From the human T2T-CHM13v2.0 reference genome, Homo sapiens: a stretch of 64,000 nt of DNA. The DNA is taken from the NCBI RefSeq assembly GCF_009914755.1, contig NC_060936.1. One strand, given 5' to 3'. The notes under the pieces were generated by a model. The model saw only the letters and a list, made by a program, of their open reading frames with translations. It had not been told where the DNA came from and did not search any database. Made by a program: the position numbers and the translations under genes. Shown one piece after another: positions 1 through 15,149 of this stretch. Positions within the stretch are counted from its first letter, which is position 1. Every line of letters begins with the position of its first letter.

Positions 1-2387
1 TACCATTTACCATATTCTCAATATGTGCTGACTTGGTAACATTGAGAGATACAAAAATAATAAACTACAGTAATTGGAATTATTAATGACTCAGGTATTT
101 CATTAATTTTAGGCAAAGTATCCTTAAAGCATTGGAAAGAGTTTAAAATTTAGTTCCCTAGTTGCTCAGTATTCTAATATCTATTTCTGTATCTATATAT
201 ACATCTAATAATATATATGGGTGTATATATATTATTAATAGGTAAAATATTCATAATAGATCATTATTTTTTAAGTATTTCACAAAATGCTTTGGAAGGA
301 ACCGTAAAACTCAAGATGCATTCCCTATGATCAAGGACATTACTTTTAGCTTTCTTTATTTGAATGTTTGCATTTGCACATGTTTCAATGCACCTGTTGA
401 AAGCAACCAAAATAACACAGAGAAAAATCATTAGACAGTTTTGATTATGAACTGGGAGAAAAAGAATGTAGTTTAAAAAATTAACCTTTTCCCTACTTTT
501 CTCTTAGTTACCATACTCCACTGCCACACAGTACAGAAAAGAAAAAATAAATCTATCTTTGAGAAATGTTTCATTTTCACTTGAAATGATGCAATTAGTC
601 ACTGCTCCATATATTTGTGTTTGAAACGTTTCTATCAAGTATAATCTTAGCCAGAGCACCCTATAGTGTACAAGCTATACATGAATAGTGAAAGTATTGT
701 ATTTGTTATTTGAAATGTGTCGATGCAGCACACTTAATTCAAAACATTTATGAGTGGAGGTTGACAAGTCTGTCCTTCTAACTCTTATGGCATAACTTAC
801 TATTTATATGCTACCTGTATTTCAAGATCCATTCTGTGTTCTAACACTACAGAGAAGGCCAATTGAATATTCCCTCAGATAGAAATGAAAGTTCTCTCTC
901 TGTCCATCTATCTATTTTTCTATCTCTTTTTCTTATTATTACAATCTTTCTTTTGTATGTATCCACTTAACCCATTGTAACATTTTCCCCATTATAAGAC
1001 CTAGCATTCCTCCTCTTATTAAGAATAAACACCTTAGCAGTATTGGCTACATGGCTGATGTTGAATTAAGCGAATTAAGTTGTTGGAAACACACAATTCA
1101 AATTTACTATGTTTGTGAATCCAAAGATAGGTTTACTCGTGGAGTTTTAGGAGTTATAAGGTCAGCCTTTGGAAAATTCTGAATTCGTTTTTTAATTATT
1201 TCCTGCGAATATTGCTTTGTAGGATATTTCTAGAAACGCAACCCACTGAAAATAGCCAATCTAAACATTACAATCTCAGCATAAACATTTGCCTCAGTGG
1301 AAGTCCTTAATTACCAAATGGAGAGAAATGCATGCAGGCTGTCAGCATCATGTTTCTCCTTGGTAGTGTCTCTCACCATTTTGCCACCACGAATGTTTCT
1401 AAATGGCCAACATACTACTTCTTCTCATTTGAATGTTTATGTTTGAGAAAATGCAAAAATAAGAGCACTAAGTGCAAACAGAGGTTTGCTGAAGTTTGTG
1501 TATTTAGCTCCTATGGCGTTCTGGATGCCAGATTCACATTCATTAGACATAAATTGATGTTAAGCAGCCTTGACTGCAGGAGGAAAAGCAACAACAAAAA
1601 TCTCTTCATACCTCTAAGACTTTCAGTCAGATTCTTTTCTTACAGAACCCCATTCTGCCATTCCAGCACACTGTTTTCTGTTCAGTCTTATCAGTCTTTT
1701 CCTGCTTTATTCTTGTTTTTTGACTGCTGTTTATGCCACTTAGGCATTTGCTTATACTGGTCCCCATAGATTTTCCTCCTGTTTAACATCACAATGGACT
1801 CAACTTTCTTTGAAGCATACCTCGTCTATGGAAGCAAATGACATCCTAATTTGTTAACTCTAAGGCATTACAGAACTTTATTCCTTCAAGGCCTCTAACT
1901 TTACTTTTGGCCTTATCTTCTGCCATGTCCCATCTGAACACAATGCTGCTTTCACCTGTTCCTTTATACTCTCCAGGAGGACTGTGCAATTGTTTTCCTT
2001 CTGCCTGAAATACTCTGTTCTATGTCATCTTCTGAGATAAGGCTTCCCTTTTCACCCACTCTACAGTAGGTTTCTGCAACTCATTTTTACCAATTATGAT
2101 CTCTCTCTCCTCTCATGTTTTAAGACAGTTACCTTTTAATGTTTCTGGAATTACTTTTTTTTGCTTTGTCTCCACTGTATTGAAATAATTGCCAATCCAG
2201 GTTTCTTACTTTCAAACCTTCTTATATTTAATTCATTTTACAGGTAGGTTATTACTTATCACAAATCCTTGTTTGGACATTTTATTTCCTCATCTCCATT
2301 TATTTCCTCATTCTCCCCAAAAAAAGTCACCCCACCATTTGATAAATCCCTCATGTTTAGAGGATAAAATGAATTGTCTTTATTTAT

Positions 2388-2719
2388 TGCTAGAGAGTGA
2401 ATGTGAACCCTCAAAATTCATTTGTTGAAGCCCTAAGCCCGATTTGATGGGAATTTGAGGTGGGGCCTTTGGGAGGTAATTACTGTTAGATAAATCCATG
2501 AGGGTGGAGCCCTCATGATGAAAAGAGGAGACATGAGATATTGCGCTCTCTCTCTGTGCCACGTGAGGATACAATAGGAAGCAGACTCTCACCAGACACT
2601 GGATCCACCAGTGCCTTGATCTTGAACTTCTCAACCTCCAGAATTGTGAGAAATAAATAGCTGTTTAAGCCACTCGGTCCATGGTATTTTTGTTCTAGTA
2701 TCCTAAATTGTCGAAGACA
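2388..2719 (+). mobile_element. MaLR solo LTR (MLT1A/MLT1A0-like)
   Basis: TG...CA ends; typical motifs aaaattcatttgttgaagccctaa, ggggcctttgggaggtaatta, ccttgatcttgaacttc...ctccagaattgtgagaaataaa. Confidence 0.85.
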
Positions 2720-3189
2720 GCACTTTATCAAGGTCATCATGTACTAGTCTTTACCTATAGCCCTAAACCAAAATGTCTAATACTTCTCTAAAAGGAACAC
2801 TCTGCTTCAGGGAAGAAAGAATGTTTACAACATTTCTGCTGTTCAATTTAGCCTCACATCATTTCTCTTGCCTGGAACATTATCTTATTCACCCTTCAAT
2901 GTTTCTAAATCCTATATACTTAATTTAAGGCCTAGTTCAAGTTGTAGTACTTCATTGAATACTTCTCCAATTGATAATCTTTCAATTTTTATTCATAATT
3001 ACAAGATCGAGGCAGAAAGAGTTTTGTGTGCCTGACTTTGTAGACTTAGTAAAAATAGCTTCACCATTTTTTTTTAGGAAATAAAAGCATAATGTAAGTA
3101 CTACACGGCTTATGTTTGATATAATAACATCTGCACAAAAAAACCCACAAAAAGTCTCAATTACTCTTTTTTTTTCAAAAGTTTATCAC

Positions 3190-4640
3190 ATTCCTTCATG
3201 CATTTACTAATTCAAACACATTTATAGGTTTCCTTGAAGAGGTCCAGGCATTCTGCCAGAAAATGGGATTATAGTAGCAGACTAAATTTAGTCAAAACAG
3301 ATCAAACTCCTTGCCCCTAGGGAGCTTACATCCTTGCAGGGATGATAGTGGGGTTGGAGAGGAAGACATTAAAGAAGACAGACAAATACAGAGTGTGTTA
3401 CATGGTGGTAGGTGCTATAGAGTAAAATAAAACGGGGAGGGGTGGAGCTGCAATCTAGATAGAGATGGCAGAAAACACTTAGGAGGAGTGTGGCATTTGA
3501 GCAAAGGCCTAAAGACAGCAAGGGAGTAAGACATGTGAGTAGATAAGGGGTAGTTGGAATATTTCAGAGATGACAGAGTACTTGAAGCAGAAGGAGCCAT
3601 GAAGAGGAGACCACATCTCAGAGGTAACTTAGGACTCAAGTATGCAGGACTCTATGGGCTATTATGAGAACTTGGCTTTTGGGAAGCAAATGGAAGATTT
3701 AGAGCAAAAATTGACATGGTCAGATTTCTGTATAAATGTAATCCTTTCAGCTGCTATTTGAGGAACAGACTTAAGTGAGGCAAAAGAGGAAGTAGGAAAA
3801 TCAATGAGAGGACTATTGAAAGAATCTGGAAAAAGATAAAGGTGACTTGAACCTAAGTGTTAGCTATGGAAGTGATTGAAGTAGATAGATTATGCATATG
3901 TTTTCAAGATAATGTCAGCAGGTTGAACAATTATATGTGGGTGAGAGATAAAGAGGAAAGTCAGAGATGATGGAAGATGACTCAGAGTTTTTGCCAAAGC
4001 AGCTGGAACATAAGAAGAGAGATTGGAAAAATTATGAGAAAAGGTTTGGAATGGGAAAGGGAATTAGGAATCAGTTTTTGATGCGTTAAATTGAGATGTC
4101 AATTAGACAACTAAGTTAAGATACACATTTTTGGTGTCTGGAGTTTGGGAGAAGGGTCCAAGTTGGAGACGCTAATATAGAAGTCATCATTTATAAAAAG
4201 GTACTTAAATCTCTAATTCAGCCCAAATTGCTAAAGGTATGAGATAGACTTAATACACAGAGAAGAGGTTCAAGGACTGAGTCTTGGTACACTTCTCAGT
4301 GTTCAGATGCTGGGAAGACAAGAAGAGAGCTAATGAAAGATACTGAGAGAGTGGCTATTACAGGGATGGGAAACACCAGAGAAGTGTGTTACTGGGAGCC
4401 TGGAACATGTTACAAGGAGGAAGTTACTAACTCTGAGAAATAGCCCTGAGGACTTAAAATCTGTCACCAGATTTGGCAACACAGAAATCACTGATGTTGT
4501 TAATATTGTCAGGTTCACTGAAGAGATAGGGGGCAACAGCCTGGGAAGATACAGAAGAGAAAAATTGGAGATAATGGGCATTCAAAACTTTTTGAATCAC
4601 TTTGCTGTAAAGGAACTGATAGAAATCAGGATGGAAGGTA
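3190..4640 (-). mobile_element. LINE-2 (L2a-like) 3' part
   Basis: Reverse-complement L2 3' end (catttactaattcaaacacattta...ccaggcattctg) followed by ~1.4 kb of purine-rich L2-like sequence; ends approximate. Confidence 0.75.
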
Positions 4641-4663
4641 ACTAGTAGCACAGATGGAATTGA

Positions 4664-4684
4664 GTGTGTGTTTGTGTGTGTGTG

Positions 4685-4742
<58 letters not shown>
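4664..4742. repeat. Compound microsatellite (TG)n-(TA)21-(CA)3
   Basis: Read directly; the TA tract is 4695-4736. Confidence 0.97.
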
Positions 4743-4743
<1 letters not shown>

Positions 4744-4918
4744 TGGAAAAAATAACAGCATTTTGAACATAGAAACATAGATGAAGGCAGGTGGGGAGAT
4801 ATGATGTTCAGAGATGCTGTTTTCTCAGAGAAAGAAGCAGAGTCAATAAGAAAATAAACATGAAAAAGTTATTATTAGAAATTTCAGAAAAAGCAAAGTT
4901 GAAAAAGTGTCATTTAGG

Positions 4919-6065
<1,147 letters not shown>

Positions 6066-6472
6066 GAAAAAGTGTCGTTTAGGACATCAGTCTTCAAACA
6101 TGTTTGCTCAATCATCCCCTAACAGAAATTTAGCAACTGTGCCTCCTCACACATCTATAAATTAACATCTAAAATTTGTTATTCTATGTTTACCTGAATG
6201 CCAAGTATGGAATTTCTGATATAATGTAAATTTTGGCATATATCAAATTGAATCATAACATTTTTGCTATTCTACCCTCACCATTTTACATGAATAAAAA
6301 AAACATAAATTCTTCTTTAAAATAGAAAATTTATATTTTTTTATTTTGCCTAAATTGTAGTTCCTTTTTTTATAACACAGAAAATATTTTTAAACTTAAA
6401 GCCACTTACTGATCACCTAACATAATTCTCTGCAATAAATACACTTAAATACTTTGATTTTAAAATGTGTAG

Positions 6473-6784
6473 GGCTAGGTATGGTGGCTCATGCCTGTAA
6501 TGCCAGCACTTTGGGAGACTCAGGCAGAAGGATTGCTTGAGCCCAGGAATTCAAGATCAGCCTGGGCAACATAGTGAAACCCCATCTCTACACAAAATAC
6601 AAATACAAATAAAAATTAACTAGGCATGATGGTGAGCATCTGTAGTCCCAGCTACTCAGGAACCTGAGGCAGGAGAATCACTTGGGCCCCAGGGTTTGAG
6701 CCTACAGTGGGCTATAATTGTGCCACTGCACTTTAGCCTGGGCAACACAGTAAGATCCTGTTTCCAAAACAAAACAAAACAAAA
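6473..6784 (+). mobile_element. AluJ
   Basis: Dimeric Alu with J-type 'ttgagcccagga', heavy CpG decay and a (CAAAA)n tail. Confidence 0.92.
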
Positions 6785-7299
6785 GTATAATATTATAAGG
6801 CTCCAATTTTAAAATGTTCTTTTGTGTTTGAATTCTCATAAATTATTATTAATTGAAAATGTTAAAAACACATATTATAAAGTTTAATGTTTAAATATGA
6901 AAGACAGGAAGTAAATTTTATTGGCAATATATAGTATAATGACAAAGATAAGAAGTGATATTATGACTTAATTGAGAACTACTTCACAGATGACAATGCA
7001 GTGTTTTGTTGTATTGTTTGGAGACCCAGGAGTTTTTATAACTTAGAGCAATGCACAATAAAAGAATTTGGGATGAATGAAAGTGATGCATCTCCTCCCT
7101 CCTCCGCTTCTCTCTTTTATTTGAAGGAGATAAGCATTTTAAAATGGATATGAGAAAGGTGAATCAGCTGGATTCTTCAATAGGCAAATCATTTTTAGGA
7201 AAGGAGCTCTTAGAAGTTTTAAATTATCCACAAGCAATGTGTGATCCCTGATTTAATTTTGGAGTGAATTAACAAAAAACTATAAAGAAGAAGAATATT

Positions 7300-7620
7300 T
7301 TTGGAGACAATTGCAGAAAATTGCCAATATATTAGATAATGCTATTATATCATGTGAAATTTCTTGGGTGTAATAATGGTATTGGGGTTATAATAGGAGA
7401 AAGTCCTCATGAGACTTTCTGAAGTCACTGAAGAGAGACACTGAAGACTTTAGGAGTGATAGATCATATTTTCTGCTTTGTAGTATCAAATATGTCAGCA
7501 AAATGTGTTGAGGAAAGAAATAGATGAGGTAAATGTGGCAAAACAATCATAAATCCACGTGAATGAAAGGAATCAATAACAATACTTTCTGCATACTCTG
7601 TCAGCTTTAATATACAAGAT
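7300..7620 (+). mobile_element. Old L1M (L1MC/ME-like) 3' fragment
   Basis: atattagataatgctattatatcatgtgaaatttcttgggtgtaataatggtattggggttata resembles an L1MC4/ME 3' UTR. Confidence 0.5.
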
Positions 7621-8448
7621 CAGAGAGTCCAATGTTTCTAGGCTCTAACCCTCTGGGATAGAATGGGAAAATTCAACATGTAGAAATAAAACTGAAGGAA
7701 TATGCTGAGTAAATGTATAGCATGGGAGGTCAATGTTGTTACATTTATATGAGTAAAACCAGAAGAATGGTTTAATATGCTAAAAATGGGAGCCAACTTT
7801 GAGGCATAAAAATAAATCTGAGAAGTTGGATATCCTACGCCACAGACCACAGTCTACTCTTCTTGAGTATGACATGCCCCAGAGCAAATAAAGCAGACAC
7901 GAGAGGCTCTAAAATGGCTTTAGCCCTACTGAAGCTCCATCTACCTGGAGGAAGGGTTTACAATTTTTTTAAGTCAACAATCAGTAATAAAAAGTTGTCA
8001 TAATTAAAATTCCCAAATAATAAAGGTCAACATATATGTCCTAACTCATGCTTGGTTCTTCATGCATATGAGCTGCTTGCCAGCAGTGCCACCTCCCTAG
8101 AGACAACCAAATGTTTAACTCACCAATGACAAGTGTGACTTCAGAAATAATCCTCTTACTGATTTTTATTTGTGATAAATTAAAATGATAATAGAAGCAA
8201 TTGCACCAAGCCCACATTTTCAGATCATTTTATGATTATTTGTGGCTCACGAGATGCTTCTAAATTTCTAACTGAGACCAGTGTCTTCCTTTTTTATCTT
8301 TCCAAGATTATTTGTAAATTACTCCTTTCTATTAATTGTCTCTTTATTAGGGCAAAGTTTTCTTATACACTTTTGGTATATGAGTTAACATAGGAACACA
8401 TAATAGAGACAGAAGTAGAAAAAGGGTCTCCTGCCTTCCCCATGTTAG

Positions 8449-8788
<340 letters not shown>

Positions 8789-9057
8789 CTCATAGTTGTC
8801 TTTTTTGATGTTCTGAAATATAACCTAAGTTCTAGTTCTAAAGAGTTTCCTTCACCTTCCATGAGCACTGCTCAGTTTCCTTTTCCATAATTTTTCCTTT
8901 CCCAGGCCTTTCAATTAAATTGGTTTGGAAAAGACACAGACAAGGAGGAGGGCACAGTATCCCAAATGCTGATAACAAACCAAAAACCTTAAGGGCTGCT
9001 GTTCTGCAAATTTACAGAGTTGGCATGGTGCAAGAAAGCAAGCTGTAGTCTGTCACA

Positions 9058-9530
9058 GATTTTTTTCTCAAATTTAGTTTGAAATAATTTTAGATGTATA
9101 AAAGAGTTACAAAGATACTACAAAGAGTTCTCATATACTCTTTACTCAGCTTCACCTACTGTTTGCATCACACATAATCATGGTACATCTATCAAATAAA
9201 TTAAAATTAATGAAAAACTACAGACTGTCTTCAGATTTTTCAATTTCTACTAATATTACTCTGTTCCAGGATCCAATTCAGGATACAGATGAAATGTTGT
9301 ATTTCATCAGGTCTCCTTAGTCTCATCTAATTTGTGACAATTTCTCAGTCTTTCCTTGTCTTTCATGATCTTCACAGGTTTGAAGAGTACTGGTCACATA
9401 ATCTGTAAAATGTCCCTCAGTTTGGATTTTTCTGGTATTTTTTCATGATTACTCATGATTACACTGTGAATTTTTGGAAGAGCAGCACAGAGAGGATGTG
9501 TCCTTCTTATTGTATCCTTTCAGGGAATAC
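9058..9530 (-). mobile_element. Old L1M (L1MB8/L1MC-like) 3' end
   Basis: tttgaaataattttagatgtataaaagagttacaaagat...ccaggatccaattcaggatac...gaagagtactggtca. Confidence 0.7.
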
Positions 9531-9543
9531 AGCCATGGGGATT

Positions 9544-9871
<328 letters not shown>

Positions 9872-10494
9872 ATCATGGGGATTGTAAAATGCATGTTTCC
9901 CATTGAGAAAGTGAGGTAAAGAAAAGAACTGTGCATCAAGCAATAGAAAAAAAATCAATATTCTGTTTTTACTGGCACTTTTGGCCTGCTGGCCATAAGC
10001 CAATACTATAAACTAGCAGGTAGGGTGCTGCAAGAATGTCAATACTTCTGCCACATTAATCTTTGCAGGCTTGCCGCCCCTGCAGTTAACTCATGGAGCA
10101 TCCTTTGCCAGGACATACATCTGCCTCTGTACCATGCCCCTGTAATGTGTCTTCAAAGGGTGCACCATTCCACATCTGTTCTCTATCTTTTATGACCAAC
10201 CACTACAAAAACTAGAGAGAATCCCCAACTGTTTGTTTTCTTTCGTTCCAGTTAAGAAAATTGATGATAATCTCAAAAAAGGGGCTATTAACTCTTATTA
10301 TCTCTTTCATTTTATCTTCTTCCTCTCTTTTACCCTACATCTGAGCAGGGGGCCATAGTTAGAAGCAATGCCTTCAGGAAGTACGCACTCTTTCCCAAAT
10401 TAATTCTCATCATGGAGGTATAGGATCAGCTAATAATAATTATATTTTTGAGGAACAGAGAAAGAGGACAAAGGGGAGAGGAGTCACCACTTAT

Positions 10495-10690
10495 AATCCC
10501 TACCAGGATAGCTTTGTACTGTGCTAAACACTTTTTGTCAGATCCCATTTAAATCTGAGATGCCTATAAGGTAAGTATCATTTTCTCTATTTGACTGATG
10601 AGAAGAGTGGACTTCAGTAGAATTTAAAAAATTCTTCAAGGTTAGCTGGTTAGTAAATGAGTAGAGACCACAGGTCATAGTATTTTCTCT
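10495..10690 (-). mobile_element. MIR
   Basis: MIR core-like: gtactgtgctaaacact...ataaggtaagtatcattttctctatttgactgatgag. Confidence 0.6.
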
Positions 10691-11932
10691 CTCCCTCACC
10701 TGGAGGAATAAATCATTCATACCACCTCAGTATGGGTTAAAGCCAGACATCTTGTCAGTGCTTCCTAAAAAAAAAAGAAAGAAAGAAAAGAAAGAAATTG
10801 TTTTTCATATGAGATTCTGTGTCTGGGTCCCTGATGATTTCCTATGCCTAAGTATCTACTTGATAATCTCTCCAAAACGCCACTCTTCCAACACTCTGTG
10901 TTGCTATTTTCAGTCCTCTCCAGGAACTCTTAAACTAAAGGACATGACCCCCATGCACTGACAACTACTTCAGCCACCTCAACTCTGACCAGTCCCTCAA
11001 AGCAGGAAGCCATCTGTTGTTATTTTCACCACTAACAAATATTCACGGCCTCATGTTTTCCCGGCACATAGTGAACACGCACTTATCTTCCCCCTTTGAA
11101 ACTAGGTGTGGCCATATTCAAATCAAAATCCTGCCCTTTGGTAGTTATAAGACACACAAAAAAACTGAGGCAGGTATTAGAGTTAGAATTCTAGTCTCTC
11201 TGGCCCAAACTCTGACCTCATAACCACTGCAAGATACCCTCCCTATCCTATAGAGCCTAGTACTACACTACCCCCTCCCAACTTTAGCCTCCACATATAG
11301 TAAAGTGCTTGGAACACAAAAAACACTTCATAAATTGTGCTGAATGAAATCATTTCCATGAGTGTTTATGGATTTTGAGTTCATTTGTACCTTTTACCTA
11401 AAATTCTAGCCACTTTAATTTGGAGAGTTTCCAGAGCAAAGGGCACAGATCCCAGGCATAACAACGCTTTGCGTATACAGCAACCAATATCTTGTCAACC
11501 CAAGAAAGTTCCTCCATTGATACCTAGTAGAAATAGCCCAGTTTTTAAAGTCCTCAAAACTGTAACAAATTACTTGTTTTTAAAATTTAACTTAAATTAA
11601 TACAATCAGATTTTTGTGTTATTTGGGTATTAGAGTATGTTAAAGCACATATATCCCAGAGACATAGAGTTTCCGTTTCAAAAAGTCATGCATTCATGTG
11701 TGCTAATGACAATCCTATCCTGACCCGCTATGTGACTTGTATCTCTAAACCATAGGCTTTCCTGAATTTTATCTGTTAATTTAACCCTGATTTCTCAGCA
11801 GCAGCTTCTCTTTGTAAATAGACTTGCCTCTTCTGTGTCTGACCTCTGCTCCTCATAATCAGATTAACTCAGATAAAGCTGCTTCAGGGAAGAGGTCAAA
11901 ACCGTTGCCAAAAATAGTAGTTGCCCTACTTC

Positions 11933-12553
11933 AGTCTATTTTCAACAGAGTAGCCAGGAGATCCTGTTCACACCAAAGTCCAATCAGCCCTACTGTTAGC
12001 ACTCTGCTCACAAGCCTCCAGTGGCTTCCGACCTCACTCACAGTAAAAGCCAAGTCATCCTTTAGCCTATGATGTCCTACATGATTTGAATTCCCTTCCA
12101 TTGATTTTTGTCACTGATTTTTAAAAATCCAAATTCATTCTCATACAGCTGAATTGTCCTCTTTGCTTTAAGTATGCCAGGATTATTTCTACCTCAGGGC
12201 CTTTGCACTTGATATTCCCTTCACCTTTTCCAAGATAGTTATTCCCTCACCTCAGTCAAGCCTTTATTTAGATGCCCCCTTCTCATCAAGGCATTCTCTG
12301 ATCTCCTTATTTAAATGTATGACACCCCTTCTTTGCTTTACATTTAATCAGAACATGTATCACTATCTAGCATATAATACATTTGCTTGACCTCTTTTGT
12401 TTACTGTCTATGCCTCCTGAATACTGTGTAAGCTCCATGATACAGGCACTTTTCTCTATTTCGAGCACTGTTGTATTACAGAGCCTTAAAAGTACCTGGC
12501 ACTTACTAGATTACCAAAACACATTTATCACACGACTGAAAAAGTAAATGAAT
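11933..12553 (+). mobile_element. LINE-2 3' end
   Basis: cctccagtggcttcc, cctcagggcctttgcacttg, gtaagctccatga, agtacctggcac...aatgaat. Confidence 0.8.
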
Positions 12554-13313
12554 AGACACATCATTATTGATTTTTGCAAATGTTTGAGGCATGTATTATT
12601 ATTACCCAATAATGCTAGCCAGCTAATACAGCTAATTTTATGTGGTCATATTTACTAAAACTTTACACTTTTGTTAGAGGTTTATCATTAGTATTTTTAT
12701 TTTCAAATGAAGTTTTAAAAAGAATATGCTAAAGGCAGTATTCTTTTCAAGGTGAAAGTTGGCTCTTAGGCATATGTAATGCTCCTAACACTGCTATTGT
12801 CAATTTGTTGCTAAGAAAGATCAAAGGAGAAATTGAAAGCCAAGGATGCATAGAGCTAGGAGATATTAATGTGGCTTTGAAGAGGAATATATCCGAGCCC
12901 TGGCGGTGGGAGAGTTTCATAAAATAGGGCATTTTCTCTCAGAAAAAGGGACGTGCAGTTTTCGGAACACTTCTCTGTTTTCCAGTGGAACACCATATTT
13001 TCACAGAAACCATGCCCTGACCTGATTTATAATTTTGAGAAAATAGTTCAAATGCCCTTTTCTCATTATGAGAAGATCATACTGCTGCCACCACAAGCAT
13101 TTCACCACTGATAATTTTAATACTGACTCTCAGAGAACCAAGTAAGTAGTTGAACTTAATTCCCCAGAAATTATTTTGCAAGAAAATTTACCAGCAGTTG
13201 CTGCCTACATAAAAACGATATGGAACTGCAAACTTGCCATTTAAGAATCAGCCTTTTCCCTAAAACAAAGGAAAATTGGTTATAGATTAAGAAACATTTG
13301 TGCAATGTAGAAT

Positions 13314-13506
13314 CAGTTTTCAGTTCTGGCTGCATGTTTACCTGGGAACTTTTGAAAATATTAGTATGTGGTATTTCATGTCTATACTTCTCCCACTTCC
13401 AAAGATATTCTAATTTAGTGAGTCTTGGTAGGTCTTAGTAATCACTATTTTTGACAAGTTCATCCAAACGATTTAATGTGCAACTAACTTTAAGGGAAAC
13501 ATGTAG
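13314..13506. mobile_element. MER5-type hAT-Charlie MITE (degraded)
   Basis: ctggctgcatg...acctgggaacttttgaaaata...attctaatttagtgagtct...tatttttgacaagttc...gatttaatgtgcaac matches the MER5 layout. Confidence 0.6.
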
Positions 13507-15149
13507 TGGGAGAAAATGTATACAGGCATATCTGCCTAATACTCTTCATTGATGATTCATTCGTTCATCCTAAATTACATCAAGTACCCACTATGTGCTA
13601 GGAACTGTGCTAGGGGGAAAAGGTGATGGGGTTTAGACTGTAGTCTAGAAAAAATAACATTGAGCAGAAGAGCAGAAAGTACTACTCAAATGTTAATACC
13701 ACTGCTACATTAATCTCAACAACACACTATTGATAATTTCTTTCCTTTTATCCTCACTCAAGTTAATCTAATTTATTTGTAATCATTTATCTAAATAATA
13801 TCTAAGATCTAGTATAACTAGTCATCTATAATCTAATGCAACTTGTACCACTCCACTGCTTCCCTGTTTGGAATGCCTCCTCTAGGACAAAACACACCCT
13901 CCATCAAAAGCCGTATGTCTATGGAAATTTTAAGAGAGACAGAGGAAGAGAAAGAGAATTCAACTTCACTTCAAAACCAGACAAAAACTCTCCACTTCAA
14001 AACCTTGCATATGGATTCTTTTCTCTAGACTAAACATTCCCACTTCCCATAAATAACACTTCTTTCTCTCTGATGAGTCCTTTCTGCCTCTCCCTCCCAC
14101 TGCCACTGCCCTGGTCTGGAGTTCCTCCGATGAGGACTGTGGTAACAACCTTCTAACTGATTTTTTAAAATTTTTTTATTTTTATTTTTATTTTTCCTTT
14201 TAGAAGCTTCACCCTCCAAATAGTCCTTCACTATTCCAAGAATATCTCTGATATCCAGATCTGCTCATCCACACTGTCCAAAAAAACAAAACAAAAAACA
14301 AACAAACAAAAACTCTGTCAAATTTCCACCATCCACATGATAAAGACCAAATGGTTTTCCCACTGACCACATCATAAGACCAAGTGGTTTAGCATGACAC
14401 ACACAGTCTTCTAGAACTTGACTCTGGTCAAATTCTCCAGTGCAGCTCTAGCTAGCCAAGTCTAGATATACAGGATTACTCATCCTTTTGTTATTTTGCT
14501 AAAAAAAAAAAAAAGTTTCATTCCATGAGGAAATAAAAGAAAAAAAAAACTTTTTAGTCATTTATGTAAATTTTTATAAACTTATAGATAAACTGTGAAT
14601 TAAAATCTAGTTTTGTACAGTAATTAATTATCTCTGGTCCCTAATAAGTTGAGCACATTGCTTATTTTTCTCTAGTTATAAATTTTATATTTAAAAATTG
14701 ACCTAAAAGCCTAAATAGCCATGTAAATGCATATGTATAAACAAGGCAAAGCTATTTTAAGCAGAATCTACAATGTATGAAAAACTGGGGCAAACTAAGT
14801 AATGCTTAGTCTTAAAACTCATTAAAAACAAAATTCTTTTTGTTACTGTAGCATTTAAAAAAATACAATTTTTAATTGTATTTGAGCAAATACAATTAAG
14901 TACAATTAAATAAATTTAATTTGAGCAAAACAATATATTTAAAATAAGATGATTAAAGTTAGACAGTGATATATTGGAGACATTATTATTTGTTTTGAGA
15001 TACTTTTATGTGCAGCTAATGAGAAATAATTAAATTATAAAGTAATTATAAATAAATTAGGTATTTCCCATATATTTAAAAGTCTTAATCAATGCAAAAT
15101 TCTCTTCCTCATAAATTCTTGAAGCTCAGAGATAATGGAACTATGGAAA

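Noticed and set aside
1332-1769. Longest non-repeat ORF (145 aa)
   Set aside because: Phe/Leu/Ser/Cys-rich composition typical of translated AT-rich non-coding DNA; no recognisable domain or promoter; the 3' end runs into L2-like sequence.
14333-14390. Short imperfect direct repeat ccacat(g/c)ataa(a)gaccaa(a/g)tggttt
   Set aside because: Real, but only two degenerate copies inside L2-like DNA; no array or spacer structure.
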